DNA of 63,992 bases, counting the filler, from Fonticula-like sp. SCN 57-25 (Eukaryota), in assembly GCA_001724245.1 (NCBI GenBank). It is 8 parts of 8 records of this genome, joined end to end, with 100 filler letters (N's around TTAATTAATTAA, not from the genome) between each part and the next. Parts side by side here need not be neighbours in the genome. Positions count along the whole stretch, not along the records: positions 23,073 to 31,188 come from MEDX01000353.1; positions 31,289 to 41,332 come from MEDX01000354.1; 6 more parts are not named here. One strand, 5' to 3'. Within the stretch, counting starts at the first letter, position 1. Each line of letters opens with the position of its first letter. The translations under genes and the position numbers were made by a program. Under the pieces are notes generated by a model. The model worked only from the letters and a program-made list of their open reading frames with translations. It was not told the origin of the DNA and did not search any database. Shown in pieces: positions 25,255 through 36,997 of this stretch.

Positions 25255-27519
25255 TCACAACTCGTTGTCGGTCGGAGGGACGATGGGCTGCACCTGATAC
25301 GTTGCGATGCATGTGAGCAGCCAGGCGCTCGACGCGGCATTAGGGGCGTTTTTGAGGAAAGCATTTCGCGCGAGCGAGAGATCGATCGATTTGTCGTAGA
25401 TCCACAGCTGCTCGGTCGCCTCGTCCTTTGCGCGCCGTTGCGTCAGGTCGGCCCCCGCAAAGGTGAGCAGCTCTGCGAGGTCCTCTCTCGGTGGGTTGAC
25501 AAAGTCGCCGTGCAGGTAGACGGAGCGCCCCTCAAAGAGCCGCTGGCCGCCGTCCTTGAGCTGCTGGCGCGCACGCCTGGGCGCGTGCGTTTCGCCCGAC
25601 ACCATGTCGCCGGTGACCTCAAAGTCGCTTTCCGGGAGCCATTGCCCGCGCTCGATGGACTTTAGCACCCAGTCGACGCTGACCACCCACCAGCCCCTGA
25701 GGATGGCCACGAGATACTTTAGCGTGCGCCGGCAATGTAGAGACTCGTCCACGCCCGTAACAACGTGCGTCACGGCGCCGCTCTCGACCTTTGGCGCGCA
25801 CGATACCAACCGATGAACGTCCACAAACGGCGCGCGCAGCTCAACAATCCGCTAGACAATTGTGTTAGAAAACTGTAATGTGAATATGGGGGGCGTACGC
25901 GCTGCGCGTCAGTCACGCCGCTGAGAAGGATGCAAACTGGCGGCGATGCTGCATGCGCCGCCTGCGATACGGCCGTCTCCTGGGTGACCGCGGCCGGCCA
26001 CGCCGCGTCCAGCAAGTCGTCGCCGTCGCTGCTGGCTGCCGAGCTCGCGACGTTGAGCTGCCGGCGCGCGCTTTGCAGTGCAGCATGGATCGTGAGCTGC
26101 GAGTGAGGCGACGCCGACACCACTAGAGTTGCACAGAAACAAAAAGAGCGCAAAAGTGAGCGAGCAGCCTTGAACGGAGATCATCGTACATTTTCGGCCA
26201 CGCTTGCCTGACTGGCTACCGGTGCTCCTCCCGCCGCTGGCCCTCCTGGCCGTGCTCGTGCCCACCGGCGTCGTCGTTGCAGCGGCCGGCGGCGGCGTCG
26301 ACGCGACCTCTGGCGTCCCCGCGCGGCGCTTTCTGAGACAAATTTCACACGAGGTCCGCGCGCGGGGATTGATAAACGTGCACGCCGAGCACTCCCACGT
26401 GGCGGGGCGCTTGACCCGCTTCGCAGCAGGTTCCTTTGATGCGGCGGACCGCTTGGCGCTATTGGTAATGTCCGACAGGGCGGGCTTGGCACGCGGCGTG
26501 GCCGGCGAAGCGGCGGCGTCCTTTGTCGAGCCGGCCAATGACGAGCTGTTCGCGACCTCGTTCTCGGCAGCAGCGGCGGCGGGCGCGTCACTTGGTGCGT
26601 GCTCGTTCGCCGTCGGCTCTGATTTTAGAGCGGCATCGTCGCATGGCATCGGCGGTGCCGGCAGCTCAACCTCCATCGGGTCGCTGCTCTCCTTGCCCTC
26701 AGCGGCGACCACAGGCTGGGAGGTCGGCGACTGTGACGGCAAATTGGCCGCTAAACCTACCGACAGTGTTTCTGCGTTCATCGCCTCCTCAGCGGGCAGC
26801 TGCGTCTCTGCGTCCATCTCGTCGGCGGCGGGCAGCTGGGTTTCTGCGTCGGCGACGGCGGCGGTCGGCGACGACGGCGGCAAAGGAAGCGACGAGAGCG
26901 TCCGCCCATAGTCGTCCGGAAGCGTCTCGGCCGCCGGAAGTACAATGTCCCGCTGCGATGTGCTCGACCGCTCCTGCGACGTGCTCGATCGCGGCGGAGG
27001 CAGCGGCGCGGAAGAGAGGGCGAGGGCGACCGGAAGCGAGCCGTCCTGTGTCTCCGCCTTTTCAGAAAACGCAGAGTCCACGAGCGCGCTCTCGTCCAGC
27101 ACTGCGCCGCGCGACGGCGGCTTGGGTGGGGACAGAGTGGCCGCATCGGCGATGGCGGGCACGGGCGCGAGTGAAGGAAGCGAGCAGCCAGCCGACGGCG
27201 ACACGAGCGCGCACAGTTGATGGTAGAGACCAATTATGGTGCAAAGGGAATGATGGCGCTTGATCTGGCTCGACCACGCGGGAACGTGGCACACGGGGCA
27301 CTCTGACTTGGAGTCCAGACTGTCAGAGATGCACGAGCTGAAGAGCAGAAAAAGGAAAAAGATGAGAATCAAAAAGGACAAAATTGGGCGGACGCACAAG
27401 CAAAAGTCATGATGACACTGCGTTACCGTATGCGGCTCCGTCATTACTTCAGAGCATAGCGGACACTGCAGCTCGGCCTCCACGGCCGGAAGGCGCGCGA
27501 GAAATGCAGCGCTGAGCAT
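25255..27519 (-). CDS. BRCA1/BARD1-like protein: RING finger, RanBP2-type zinc finger, tandem BRCT
   Basis: CPLC...CHHDFC|SC...CPVCHVPAW RING; WECSACTFIN...CEIC; VTHVV...RTLKYLVAILRGWWVVSVDWV...FEVTGD...PRRAR...LFEG BRCT pair. Confidence 0.85.
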
Positions 27520-27564
27520 CCTGCTCAGCTGCCAGTGGCGCGCGCGAGAATCAACGATTCAAAA

Positions 27565-27576
27565 TTTCGCGCCAAA
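27565..27576. promoter_or_regulatory. E2F-type binding site upstream of the BRCA1/BARD1-like gene
   Basis: TTTCGCGCCAAA matches TTTSSCGC in both orientations, about 45 bp from the ATG. Confidence 0.55.
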
Positions 27577-27715
27577 ATTATTGTGGCAGGGTTGTGACAG
27601 GTCTGATCATCATAAAATTTTACTCTTTAGCCTCTCTGCATTGAAAGACAAACGACAATACAACGGAAATATCAAATACAACAGTAGCAAATAACTAATA
27701 AGGAAGCAAGCGGGC

Positions 27716-28918
27716 TCACGATGACTTCTTCAGGTCGTGGAAACGCTTGGAGATGTTTCCAGCGGGAACGGTCAAGCGGCGACCAATGGTGTCGTAGACG
27801 ATCGGGTGCAGCATGCCGACAAAGGTGGCCAGGAGATACGTCATGAGAGGGAAGATAATGATAGGGACATTGCGCTTGAGCCCGTCCACGATGTACGGCA
27901 AAGCCTAAAATGACGACAAGAGTGAGTTAAAGGAAAGAAATGGTTATGGGGAATAGAGGATAGAAAAAAAGAGGTCTCAGGAGCAGAAAAGTGCTCGGCA
28001 CGTTACGATACGTATACCGCAACTATACGGTAATGTAGGTAAATGCTAAAACATCCTTGACCATTGCGTCTTTCCCTTTCATCCCTTCCTTTCTGGATAC
28101 AGCACGCACCTCTTCGACAGTGATCTCAAACATGTACTTTGACTTTCCGGGCAGAATCTTGGTGCGCACAAAACCAGGGGTAATAGTGCACACGCTGACG
28201 TTGAACTGCTCGCAGTAGCGGCGCAGAGCGCGGCCAGCGCTACTGAGGTTCGACTTTGCCGCCGAGTACTCAAAGGCGCCGAGCGCCGGGAAGTACGCCG
28301 ACATGGACGACATAAGAGCAACCTGGCCGTAGCCGCGGCTGCACATGCGCTCGACAAGCGGGAACACGGTGTTCCACACGCCCTGAAGGTTGGTGTCGGT
28401 CACCTCGGTGAACTCCTCGAGCAGGGTGGTGTTGTCGTGGCCGCCCATGCCTCCCACGCCAGCGTTGGCAATAAGGAGATCAATGGGGACCTCGGCGTCG
28501 ACCTCGTCGATGAAGGCGTGAAGACCCTTCTGATCGGTCACATTGACAGCACGGAAGCGGGCCTCGCCGCCCTTGGCGCGGATGCCCTTGGCGACCTCCT
28601 CGAGCCTGCCCTGATCGCGGCCAGTGATGGCGACAAGAACGCCCTTGGCAGCGTAGTGGAGCGCAAGGCCTTCGCCAAGACCGCTGCTGCCGCCAGTGAT
28701 GAAAACGGACCTAAGGAGGAAAAGAAAGATGGTCAGCAAAGAAAAGAGGCAGGGACGCCACGTGTGACGCACTTGTAAGGCTTCTTGGGGGCATACTTGG
28801 CAGAGTTGCGGCGCTCAAGGAACCAAAAGAGAGGACTCAGAACAAGAGAAATAAGGCCCCATAGCGTCTGCATGAACGCATAGCAGAGGTACGAGCCGAA
28901 CTCGACGGCCACCGACAT
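27716..28918 (-). CDS. Short-chain dehydrogenase/reductase with N-terminal membrane anchor
   Basis: VFITGGSSGLG, LIANAGV, YSAAK catalytic YxxxK; two introns. Confidence 0.9.
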
Positions 28919-29567
28919 GACGGCGCGGCCTCCTCGGGGTCGGAACAGGAAAAGATTCTGAGGGGACAGAAAAGGCCCACCCTGAACATGAAACGAGATG
29001 CATTTTTCCGTTCACCTCGGACATCGGAACGAATTTTGAGCATTTGAGCAATGATCTATATTGGAAGCTGAATGGAAAAACATATTTATTGCAATGCAGA
29101 CTGCCTAGTGCTTTGGCTAAATTGAGCAAGCTTACATGCGGTACTTTTGAGCACAGCATCAAGTCAATTCCCTTGCGAATCGCTTTGGAGCCGAATACTC
29201 CAGCCTGGTGTGCATATCAAACAGTGGCTTATTCCGTTGGCACCATGAGCCCTGTGAATGGGCAGGCAGAACTGCGCAAAGAAAGAAAAACATGGATATC
29301 TAGGATAGTCAATAGATCGGCCCCTTTTTGAGGTATGGCCATGAAGTCTACAATGCACCATACCACCTTAAACGTGTATGACAATGTACGAGCAGCAAGG
29401 CGCGCGACATGAAGTGCTGCCAGGAAAGTGCTTCTTAGTTGCGGTATCAAAAGACGCCGAGTTTTCGATAAACGCAAGCGAGAGACAAGCAAATTCAGTT
29501 TCAGCGTGACACATTTTATACAACACTATCATACAGTATGATTCCTACTCGAATACCAAAATTCAGC

Positions 29568-29869
29568 TCACGTCTTGTCTACTTTCTCCGCAGACGACAC
29601 TGGCAATGTCTCGGGCGTCGCGACAATGTCATCCTTGGGAGCCTCCTCGCCCGTCGACGCGCTCGAGTCCATCGCTTGCGCCTCTTCCTGGGCACGCTTC
29701 GCCGCAGCCCTGTGTCGAGCGATGTCAATAAACACGTATTAAATGATCGCGCTACCACGTACGCAGCCTTTCCCTCTTCGGCAAGCTTCTTTAATGGCTC
29801 GTCGTAGATGTAGAATCCCGACAGAACACCCACGACTGTCGCCGCCACGACCGCTCCGCGCTGTGCCAT
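29568..29869 (-). CDS. Small single-TM protein, PIGBOS1-like microprotein (about 82 aa)
   Basis: MAQRGAVVAATVVGVLSGFYIYDEPLKKLAEE, intron 29710-29762, then an acidic tail ending VDKT*. Confidence 0.6.
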
Positions 29870-29975
29870 GACCACCGACCCTCAAGTTGCAATCTGGCGA
29901 CAAATTGCATGTTGGCTTTGATTGCGTCTTGAAGGGGTCGGCCGTCGATCTGAACCGCTGAACCGTCCCGCATTG

Positions 29976-31150
29976 ATGTCGGCCATGGATCGAGTGCGCT
30001 CGTGGTTCACGTCGCTCAAATTTGCGACAGCAGGTACCATTTTTCTATGTGTGGTTATATGGATTTTCGGTTGGCCGTCGATCGAGCGGGGATGCATGTC
30101 GGCTGTCGCTGTCGCTCACGGTGATGGTGCGCAACGCTAGCTCGCTCGCTCGAACAGTTCTGCTCATTAACTGTTTGTGCTCAATAGTGAGTCGCATTTT
30201 TCTGTCCCCGCTGATTCACAGCCGCTTCCCCCTTCATCTCTTGTTCAACATGCTTGTTCTTGGTCCGCTTGGTTCGTCGCTTGAGGCGCAGTACGGCAGC
30301 TTCACCTTTGCGGGCATTCTCGCGGTCGCCGCTGTAGGAAGCAGCATCGTATCGCTAATTCTGCAGGGCACATGGCTGCTCCTGACTGGGAGCTCGAGCG
30401 TCGCCTACTCGTGTCATGTCGGCTTCTCTGGCGCCATCTTTGCGTACGCCTTGGGGACATTGCAAGATAGTGCCATGCTGTTGCAGCGATGGATAGAAAG
30501 AGTTAACTGCTTGAGTATATGATGTTTTATTGATATTCACGTTGTGCGGTTCATGTGTGCTAATTGGCCGCGCTCGCTAGGCTGCTTGTTCTTGACGTTC
30601 ACTCTGCGTCATCGAGCGGACGGCCCCGCTCCCTGTTTGGCCTCGTCTCGGTCCCCGCCGCGGTGTACCCGCTCCTCCTGCTGCTGGTACTGCAGCTGCT
30701 CATTCCGTCGGCATCATTCGTTGGGCACCTCAGCGGCATTGCTGTCGGATACGCCATCCTTCTCTCGCAGCACATCATCCTCGTACGAAAACCTTTGCTG
30801 TCTTATCATTGCTAACTGATTGGCCCGAACAGCTGTCGCCAATCGTCGCTGCCCGACTGACTACGCTGCTCCCGATGTCTGTCCAATCGTCGCCCTACTT
30901 TGCGTCGCCGCCGACGATGCTTCCGCCGACGACGGGCATCGCCGCGCCCTACGTGGCCATGCGGACGTACGTGTCGTCGCTCATCCCGCGGCAGCATGGG
31001 GCGCCCGCCGGAGCCGGGGGGCAGTCACAGAGCTCGGGGTACTCGACCGCAGGAGGGAGTGGCGGGTCGAGCGCGCACAACGAGGTGGAGATGAGGCCGT
31101 TCCCGCAGTTCCCGGGCGAAGGGAACAGGCTGGGGGACAGTAATGTGTAA
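29976..31150 (+). CDS. Rhomboid intramembrane serine protease (RHBDD1/Rbd2-like)
   Basis: HLLFNM, catalytic GFSG, SFVGHLSGI; three introns. Confidence 0.88.
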
Positions 31151-31188
31151 GATACGACTTGTAGATAGACTATTTTCGTGCAAAGATA

Positions 31189-31288
31189 NNNNNNNNNNNN
31201 NNNNNNNNNNNNNNNNNNNNNNNNNNNNNNNNTTAATTAATTAANNNNNNNNNNNNNNNNNNNNNNNNNNNNNNNNNNNNNNNNNNNN
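31189..31288. other. Artificial contig spacer
   Basis: N44-TTAATTAATTAA-N44. Confidence 0.98.
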
Positions 31289-31315
31289 CGCTAGCGAGTG
31301 TCAGAGGCGTCGTAC

Positions 31316-31708
31316 CGGGTAGTTGTGGCGGTATGTCTTGCCGTCGGGGCTTGTCTCGCCCGGGTACGTCGGGCCAAACACGGCGTACACGCTTCTGAAG
31401 GTGGGCGGCTTGGCCGGCGTCGACACTGCGGTGCTCGCGTACCGCAGCGATAGCGCGTCAAAGCGGTAGATCATGATCGACTTTAGCTTTTGCGAGTGCG
31501 ACTCAAAGTCGAGCAGCATGCGCAGCCTCGGTAGGTGCATGTAGACCTTGCCCGAGAAGGGATCGCTGCGGGAGAACACGAGCTCGGCTTTCTCGGTGCG
31601 CGTCCCGACGACGCGCAGCATCCGCACCGCATCGCTCAGCGGCATGCCGAGAAGAAAGCGGCCAAAGCTCTTGCCGGGGACGACCTCCCACGGCCGAATC
31701 GTGTCCAT
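31316..31708 (-). CDS. PHAF1: PHAF1/UPF0183 (C16orf70) family protein, first exon, truncated
   Basis: VVPGKSFGRFLLGMPLSDAV, FESHSQKLKSI, PTFRSVYAVFGPTYPG. Confidence 0.85.
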
Positions 31709-32042
31709 GCCAATGCGCGCCGCTGGGGGCGATAAGGAAGAAGAAATAAAGAGCGCCGCGAGAGGGTTAAGCGATCAAGGGTCGCGCTGCAAAGCTTCGG
31801 GCAGACAACCGATCGGCTCGTGAGACGGCGCGCAATCAAGGCCGCAAGGTAATGAGAAAATCAGCAACAAAAGCACAGAAGGAGGACGGAGCAAAGTCTG
31901 GCACAGCGGGCGCGGTCTTTCCAGTGTGCCGGCACAGTCGGACTTTCCAGGGCGAAGCCGCTGTGTTGACGGTTGACGCAACGACGATGACGTAATCAGT
32001 TTAAAAATTGGCGGGAAAGCACACGTGACAAGGACGGCGGCG

Positions 32043-33013
32043 ATGATGCGTCCTCGGCGCGCGATGGTGGTCGGCGCGCTGGCGTCGGCCGGCCTCTATC
32101 TTTACCTTCGCCCTGAGCACCCGCTCCCGCCGCTGGCAAAGCGCGAGCTTCGCTTTGCGATGCTGAGTGCGCACAAGGGAGATCACGAGACGGCCGGTCA
32201 GCACTATGATCGCGCCGTGGCGCGCACGCTGGTCGATGCCGGGGATGCGTCGTGGCAGGCGGCATCGGTGCTCTCGACGGCGGGGATATACTTTTCAGAG
32301 AATGGCGAGCCGCTTCGCGCGGGCCCGCTGCTTACCAAGGGGTGGATCTTGCTACTGCAGCAGGGCCGGACGAGCCAGGCGTTGGCCGTGGCGCAGGTGC
32401 TGGGGCACTCGCTGGTCGAGATGGGCGAGGACACCGAGGCAGAAAAGATGCTCAACGCGGCACTGCGGTTGGTCAAGGAGCACGGGAAGGCGGACGCGCA
32501 AGTGCGGCGGTCAGAGGGCGCCATCCGAGAACAGCTCGGCTCGATCCTGCTCGGCGGGCATAGATGTGCGCTCGATGATCTTGATAAGTTTTGCTAATGA
32601 AACGGAATGAAAGACGATGAAAGCCTGGCAATGTACGAGAAAGCGCTTCCTTTTGCGGAAGCAGAGTACGGCAAGAATTCCTGCGAGGTATTATACTTTA
32701 CTGTTTCCCATTTTGTCCTGAAACCGTGGTCTAGGTGGGCATGCTGCTCTTAAACAGCGCGTCGGCGAGCGTCGAAAAGGGCGAGGTGAACAAGGGCGCG
32801 CAGTTGCTGGCCCGCGCGATGCGCATCAATGGGCAGCCGCCGTGCGACGAGGCGGCCCACGCGGCAACCATGCTGGCGCAGGCGCGCGTGCATGAAAAGG
32901 ACGGCAACGCGGAGGAGGCAAGAAAGACCATTGCAAAGGCGAGATCAATAGCAGAGCAGCATAATGACGCGGCCGCTTTGGAGGAGGCGGACAAGAGAAG
33001 TGCACAATTGTAA
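32043..33013 (+). CDS. TPR-like helical repeat protein with N-terminal anchor (TTC19/Mgr3-like, possibly mitochondrial)
   Basis: Basic N-terminus, short TM, helical repeats (AGQHYDRAV, AEKMLNAAL, SLAMYEKAL); two introns. Confidence 0.55.
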
Positions 33014-33088
33014 TTATACATTAATACTAATACAAAGGGGCGACTAGGCCAACGTCGAACGCCAAAGCGACCAGTACATTTCGCCATG

Positions 33089-33613
33089 CTACTCGAGCAA
33101 GGAGCTGTGGATCCCGCCATTGGATACGCGATCTCTATGCAGCCGCAGAGTTCTCCCGTCGCCGCCATCGGCGAGCGTGTCGAGCACGGTGCGCTCGCAC
33201 AGATGTCGCCCGATGCTGCCCTGGAGCCCCACCGTCGTGCCGTCCAGCTCGCGCGCCGATGCGGCCAAGGCCGCCGCCGATATCGGCCCCTTTAGCCTAT
33301 CGAATAATGGCGAGTTCCCCGGGAGAATCTCTCCCAACGCGAGGTAAAAGTGGTGCGGCTCGAGCACCTGATCGATCGACTGGCGGGCTCCTATGTGGCC
33401 GGCGACGCGAATGAGCCGCTCGGCAAAGTCGTCGGAACACCTGCCGAAGCAAAAGTCAGTTGAAACAGCAAGAGATAAGCAACCTCGTGTAAATGCGCAC
33501 CGCTGCGCTTCCTCTACCGCGTCGCTCTCAATTGGCGTCTTCCTGACCCTTTTGAGCGCCGACCGCACCGCGCGCGGCGCCCATAGATGTTGGCGCCCAA
33601 GAGGTGGCGTCAT
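33089..33613 (-). CDS. Small protein with possible histone-fold-like N-terminal half
   Basis: ORF with an in-frame GTGCAT...CAG intron; IESDAVEEAQR|CSDDFAERLIRVA...LEPHHFYLAL has histone-fold-like spacing. Confidence 0.45.
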   Translation of the reverse strand: MTPPLGRQHLWAPRAVRSALKRVRKTPIESDAVEEAQRCAFTRGCLSLAVSTDFCFGRCSDDFAERLIRVAGHIGARQSIDQVLEPHHFYLALGEILPGNSPLFDRLKGPISAAALAASARELDGTTVGLQGSIGRHLCERTVLDTLADGGDGRTLRLHRDRVSNGGIHSSLLE

Positions 33614-33648
33614 CAAAAATCGCCGAATCGTTCCGCGCTTGCTATGCG

Positions 33649-35056
33649 ATGAGCTTGGCACGTGTGCTAGTGCTGGCGGGCCCGACGGGCGTCGGCAAGA
33701 CGCGCCTGTCGCTGGAGCTGGCCAAGCGGCTGCACGGCGAGGTCATTAGCGGCGACCCATTCCAGGCGTACCGCGGCCTGGACATTGGGACGGACAAGGT
33801 CTCGCTTGCCGATCGCGCGCAGGTGCCGCACCACCTGCTCGACATCCTCAATCCGGATCAGTCGTACAATGTGCAAGCATTCAAGGAGCAGTGCGAAAGC
33901 GCCATCAAGGTGCGCCCGCCTGTGCGCTCTCCAATAGTGTCCTAATTGAGTTTACATAGGGAATTCTTCGGCGGAACAAGCTTCCGATCGTGGTGAGCGG
34001 GTCTGGCTTTTACCTGTCGTGGCTTTCGAGCGGCGGCCGGCAGCATCAGACGGGCCCCGCGGACCCGGCGGTGCGTCAGCGGATCCGCGCGGAGCTTGAC
34101 GAGCTCTCGTGGGAGCAGGCGCTCACGCGGCTGCGCGACATTGATCCCGCGCGCGCGGAGCAGCTCAAGCCAAACGACTATTACCGGCTATCACGAGGTA
34201 CGCCGCCTGCATTGACTCTCCCGATGGCGCGATCTAAACATACGAATAGCGCTCGAGATATTTGAGCTTACGGGTCGCAAGCCGTCGTCGTTTGCTGTAC
34301 GCGAGGACGCGGCCGTGGAGGCGCCCAAGCACGATTACCGCGTGGCGTTTCTGATTCGCCCGCGGCTCGCGATGCTTCGCGCCATCGACTTGCGGGTCGA
34401 GATGATGGTACAGCGCGGGCTCATGACGGTGCGCTTTTTTGTTGTATGCGCCTTGTGTGGCTGACGCCGTGCGTAGGAGGTGCAGGGGCTGATGCGCGAC
34501 GGCCTCACGGTGGACTCGCCGGCGGCGCGCGCCATCGGGTACCGCGAGAGCATCGACTACCTCAACGAGGTCAAGGTGCGCCAATACTTCCAGTACATGT
34601 AAACGCTAACAATACTTAAAATGATAGCATACGGACATTGCGCACGGCGAGCGCCACGCCTTTCTTTTGCGGCGCACCGTGTACGCGATCATGGCCGCTT
34701 CGCGGCAGTTTGCGCGGCGGCAGGTCACCTGGGCCCGCGCGGAAAAAAACTTTTTGTGGCTTCACCGCGACTCGCCCGCCATTGAGCAGGCACTAGAGGC
34801 GTACCTCGATACGCCGCGGCCGGCCGGCGAGGAGGGACGGCGGCTCACGGCTCGCGAGCTGTTCCGGTTACGGCCCGCCGAGATGGGCGTTTCGGACAGC
34901 ATTGCAAAGTGCGACGCAGAGAGCGAGCGGACAACGGTCAACCACGAGAATGCGGCCGCGTTGAAAAAGTACAGGCCGCTCAACGTGCTGCTCAACGACC
35001 AGGCGTACTACGACCTGGCGACAAAGATTGCGCGCGATGTGCACAAAAATATGTAA
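33649..35056 (+). CDS. miaA: tRNA dimethylallyltransferase (MiaA-type)
   Basis: LAGPTGVGKT, QAYRGLDIGTDK, VPHHLLDI, NDYYRLSR, AIGYRE, SRQFARRQVTW; four introns. Confidence 0.92.
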
Positions 35057-35410
35057 CAAAAGGCGGCATGTTTGCTACTGTAATTGAAATGGTGTTTGAA
35101 TGCAAGGTCGGTTTCGGAATTTGCCAGTGTATTCTGACACAAAGGGATAAGAGTCATAGTAGTAGGGATATACTTGCGCATTAAAAACAAGAGTAACGTA
35201 AACATCTAAAGGCCTAATAACATACCATTCACAACCGAAAAGGTAAATGAGAACAAACACGCACGTATCAAACATATATAGAAGCAAAATAGCAAAACAT
35301 GAATCTCTAAAAGGGTAATTGATAATCAAAAGGTGCAGCGAGCCAAAGTAAAACGAAACGTCGGATGCACCACAAAGGTAAAAGGATTAAATGTAGTAGG
35401 TCAGATTTCA

Positions 35411-36480
35411 TCAATATGAAGAACGGTGAGTATAGATCCTGTGCGCTTGGCGCAGATGCTTGTCTAGGCTAGGGTTTTGTTTGTACACAGCACCGCAGTT
35501 GTGTGGGCACGGAAACTCCTTTAAAAAATGGCGCAGCACGTGCGACACCAAATTGCTCCGGCGGCACTTGGAGGGCTCCTGCGTGTACGGGCAAAACATG
35601 CAGTTCATGAAGGGGTAGCGCTCGTTCACGGTTGTCCCGTTCTTGTTTGAGTACTCAATGTGCGTCGCGCTAAAGTGGCGGTAGACCTCGTTCACGTCCC
35701 TGAAGTTCAAGTGGCACGACGGGCAGAACGTGTGGGACCACTTGTACGTGCTAGAGATCAAAAACCGGCTAACAATGTTTTTCTGCAATGGGTGTTAGCG
35801 CGCGGTGGCGAGGGTTGCTGACCTGTGCGCACCTTGAGTTCGCCGCGGTGAAAGTGACTCGCGTCCGGATCCGGGACCCACAGGGAAGAGAAGTGGCAGG
35901 CCCGCTCGTCGTCGTCGTCGTCGTCGTCAGTTGAAGCCGAAGACGGCGACAGGGGTGGCGTGATAGCAGGGGAAACGTCCTTGGGCGACACACCAGCGAG
36001 CGCGCGGGACAACCTGCGCTGAACCGCGGCTCCCTGGGGTTGGCTCCCGCGCCGCGCCCTGCTCGACGCCGGACGAAGCCGCCTCAAAAGCGGGACCTGG
36101 ATCACCTCCTCGTCGACCTCGGGAACCTCGATCTTGTGCAGGTTCATGGGGGAGATCGTCGACATGCAGATCGTTGTCCTTGATTCCTGTTGAGGGATCG
36201 GCGAGACGGCGCGATCCTCGAGATCGGCCTGATCGAACGACGCCAGCGACTCGGTCGACGAATCGGACCCCGGCGAGCCTGCAGCGCTGTCGTCCGAAGA
36301 AAAATCGTCGTCGCTCTCGCTGTAGTAGTCGCAGTCATATTTCGGCATGCTCGATACGTCCAGCTGCACAGAAAAGAGCTCATCCAACTGCGCCGCCGCG
36401 GGCATCCATTGGCGCTCGCTCGACGGCTCCGCGGCCAACCCCTGATAGTAGGATTCTAACCCCCACGCCTCGGAAATCAT
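35411..36480 (-). CDS. C2H2 zinc-finger transcription factor
   Basis: Acidic Ser-rich N-terminus; CPSC...HFSATH, CMFC...HVLRH, CPHNC...HLRQAH; one intron near 35758-35822. Confidence 0.8.
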
Positions 36481-36997
36481 GTCGGCAGCCCTTTCGTTTC
36501 CGCGCGACGGGGCCAGGCAAAAGTCAAAGTGACAGGTGGAGAAAGGAAGGGAAAGGGTAGGGGCTTATATCAAGCCCGTCTGCCAACAAGAAGACACCGG
36601 CGAACAAGGGCAGACAAACCAAATTTGGAAGGAAGCCCCCGAGCCCGCCTGCCTTTTTGGGAAATGTTGTCAGTTTTAGTATCAAACAGAAAGTGCAACT
36701 TTGCAAAATCTATTTAAAACGACACACGTGGCCGACATACTTGTTTTGTGCCGAACTCAAATCTCACTTTGATGGCCATCAACACGATCGATCGCCGGGG
36801 TAAATGATGGCCATCAAATCAACAAAAAGCCGAAATAAAGTCCGCCCCGGACTCGGAGCTAGCCGTCATCCTACCCTGGCCGCATACCGCCAGATCTGGT
36901 TCCTGACCACCGGGTCTGCTTGTTTCTTTAGGTGCACCTCGCCGTTTGTGTCTCTTGGTTAACTGACGCATCGTGTGCGCCGACAGCGACGGGAATA

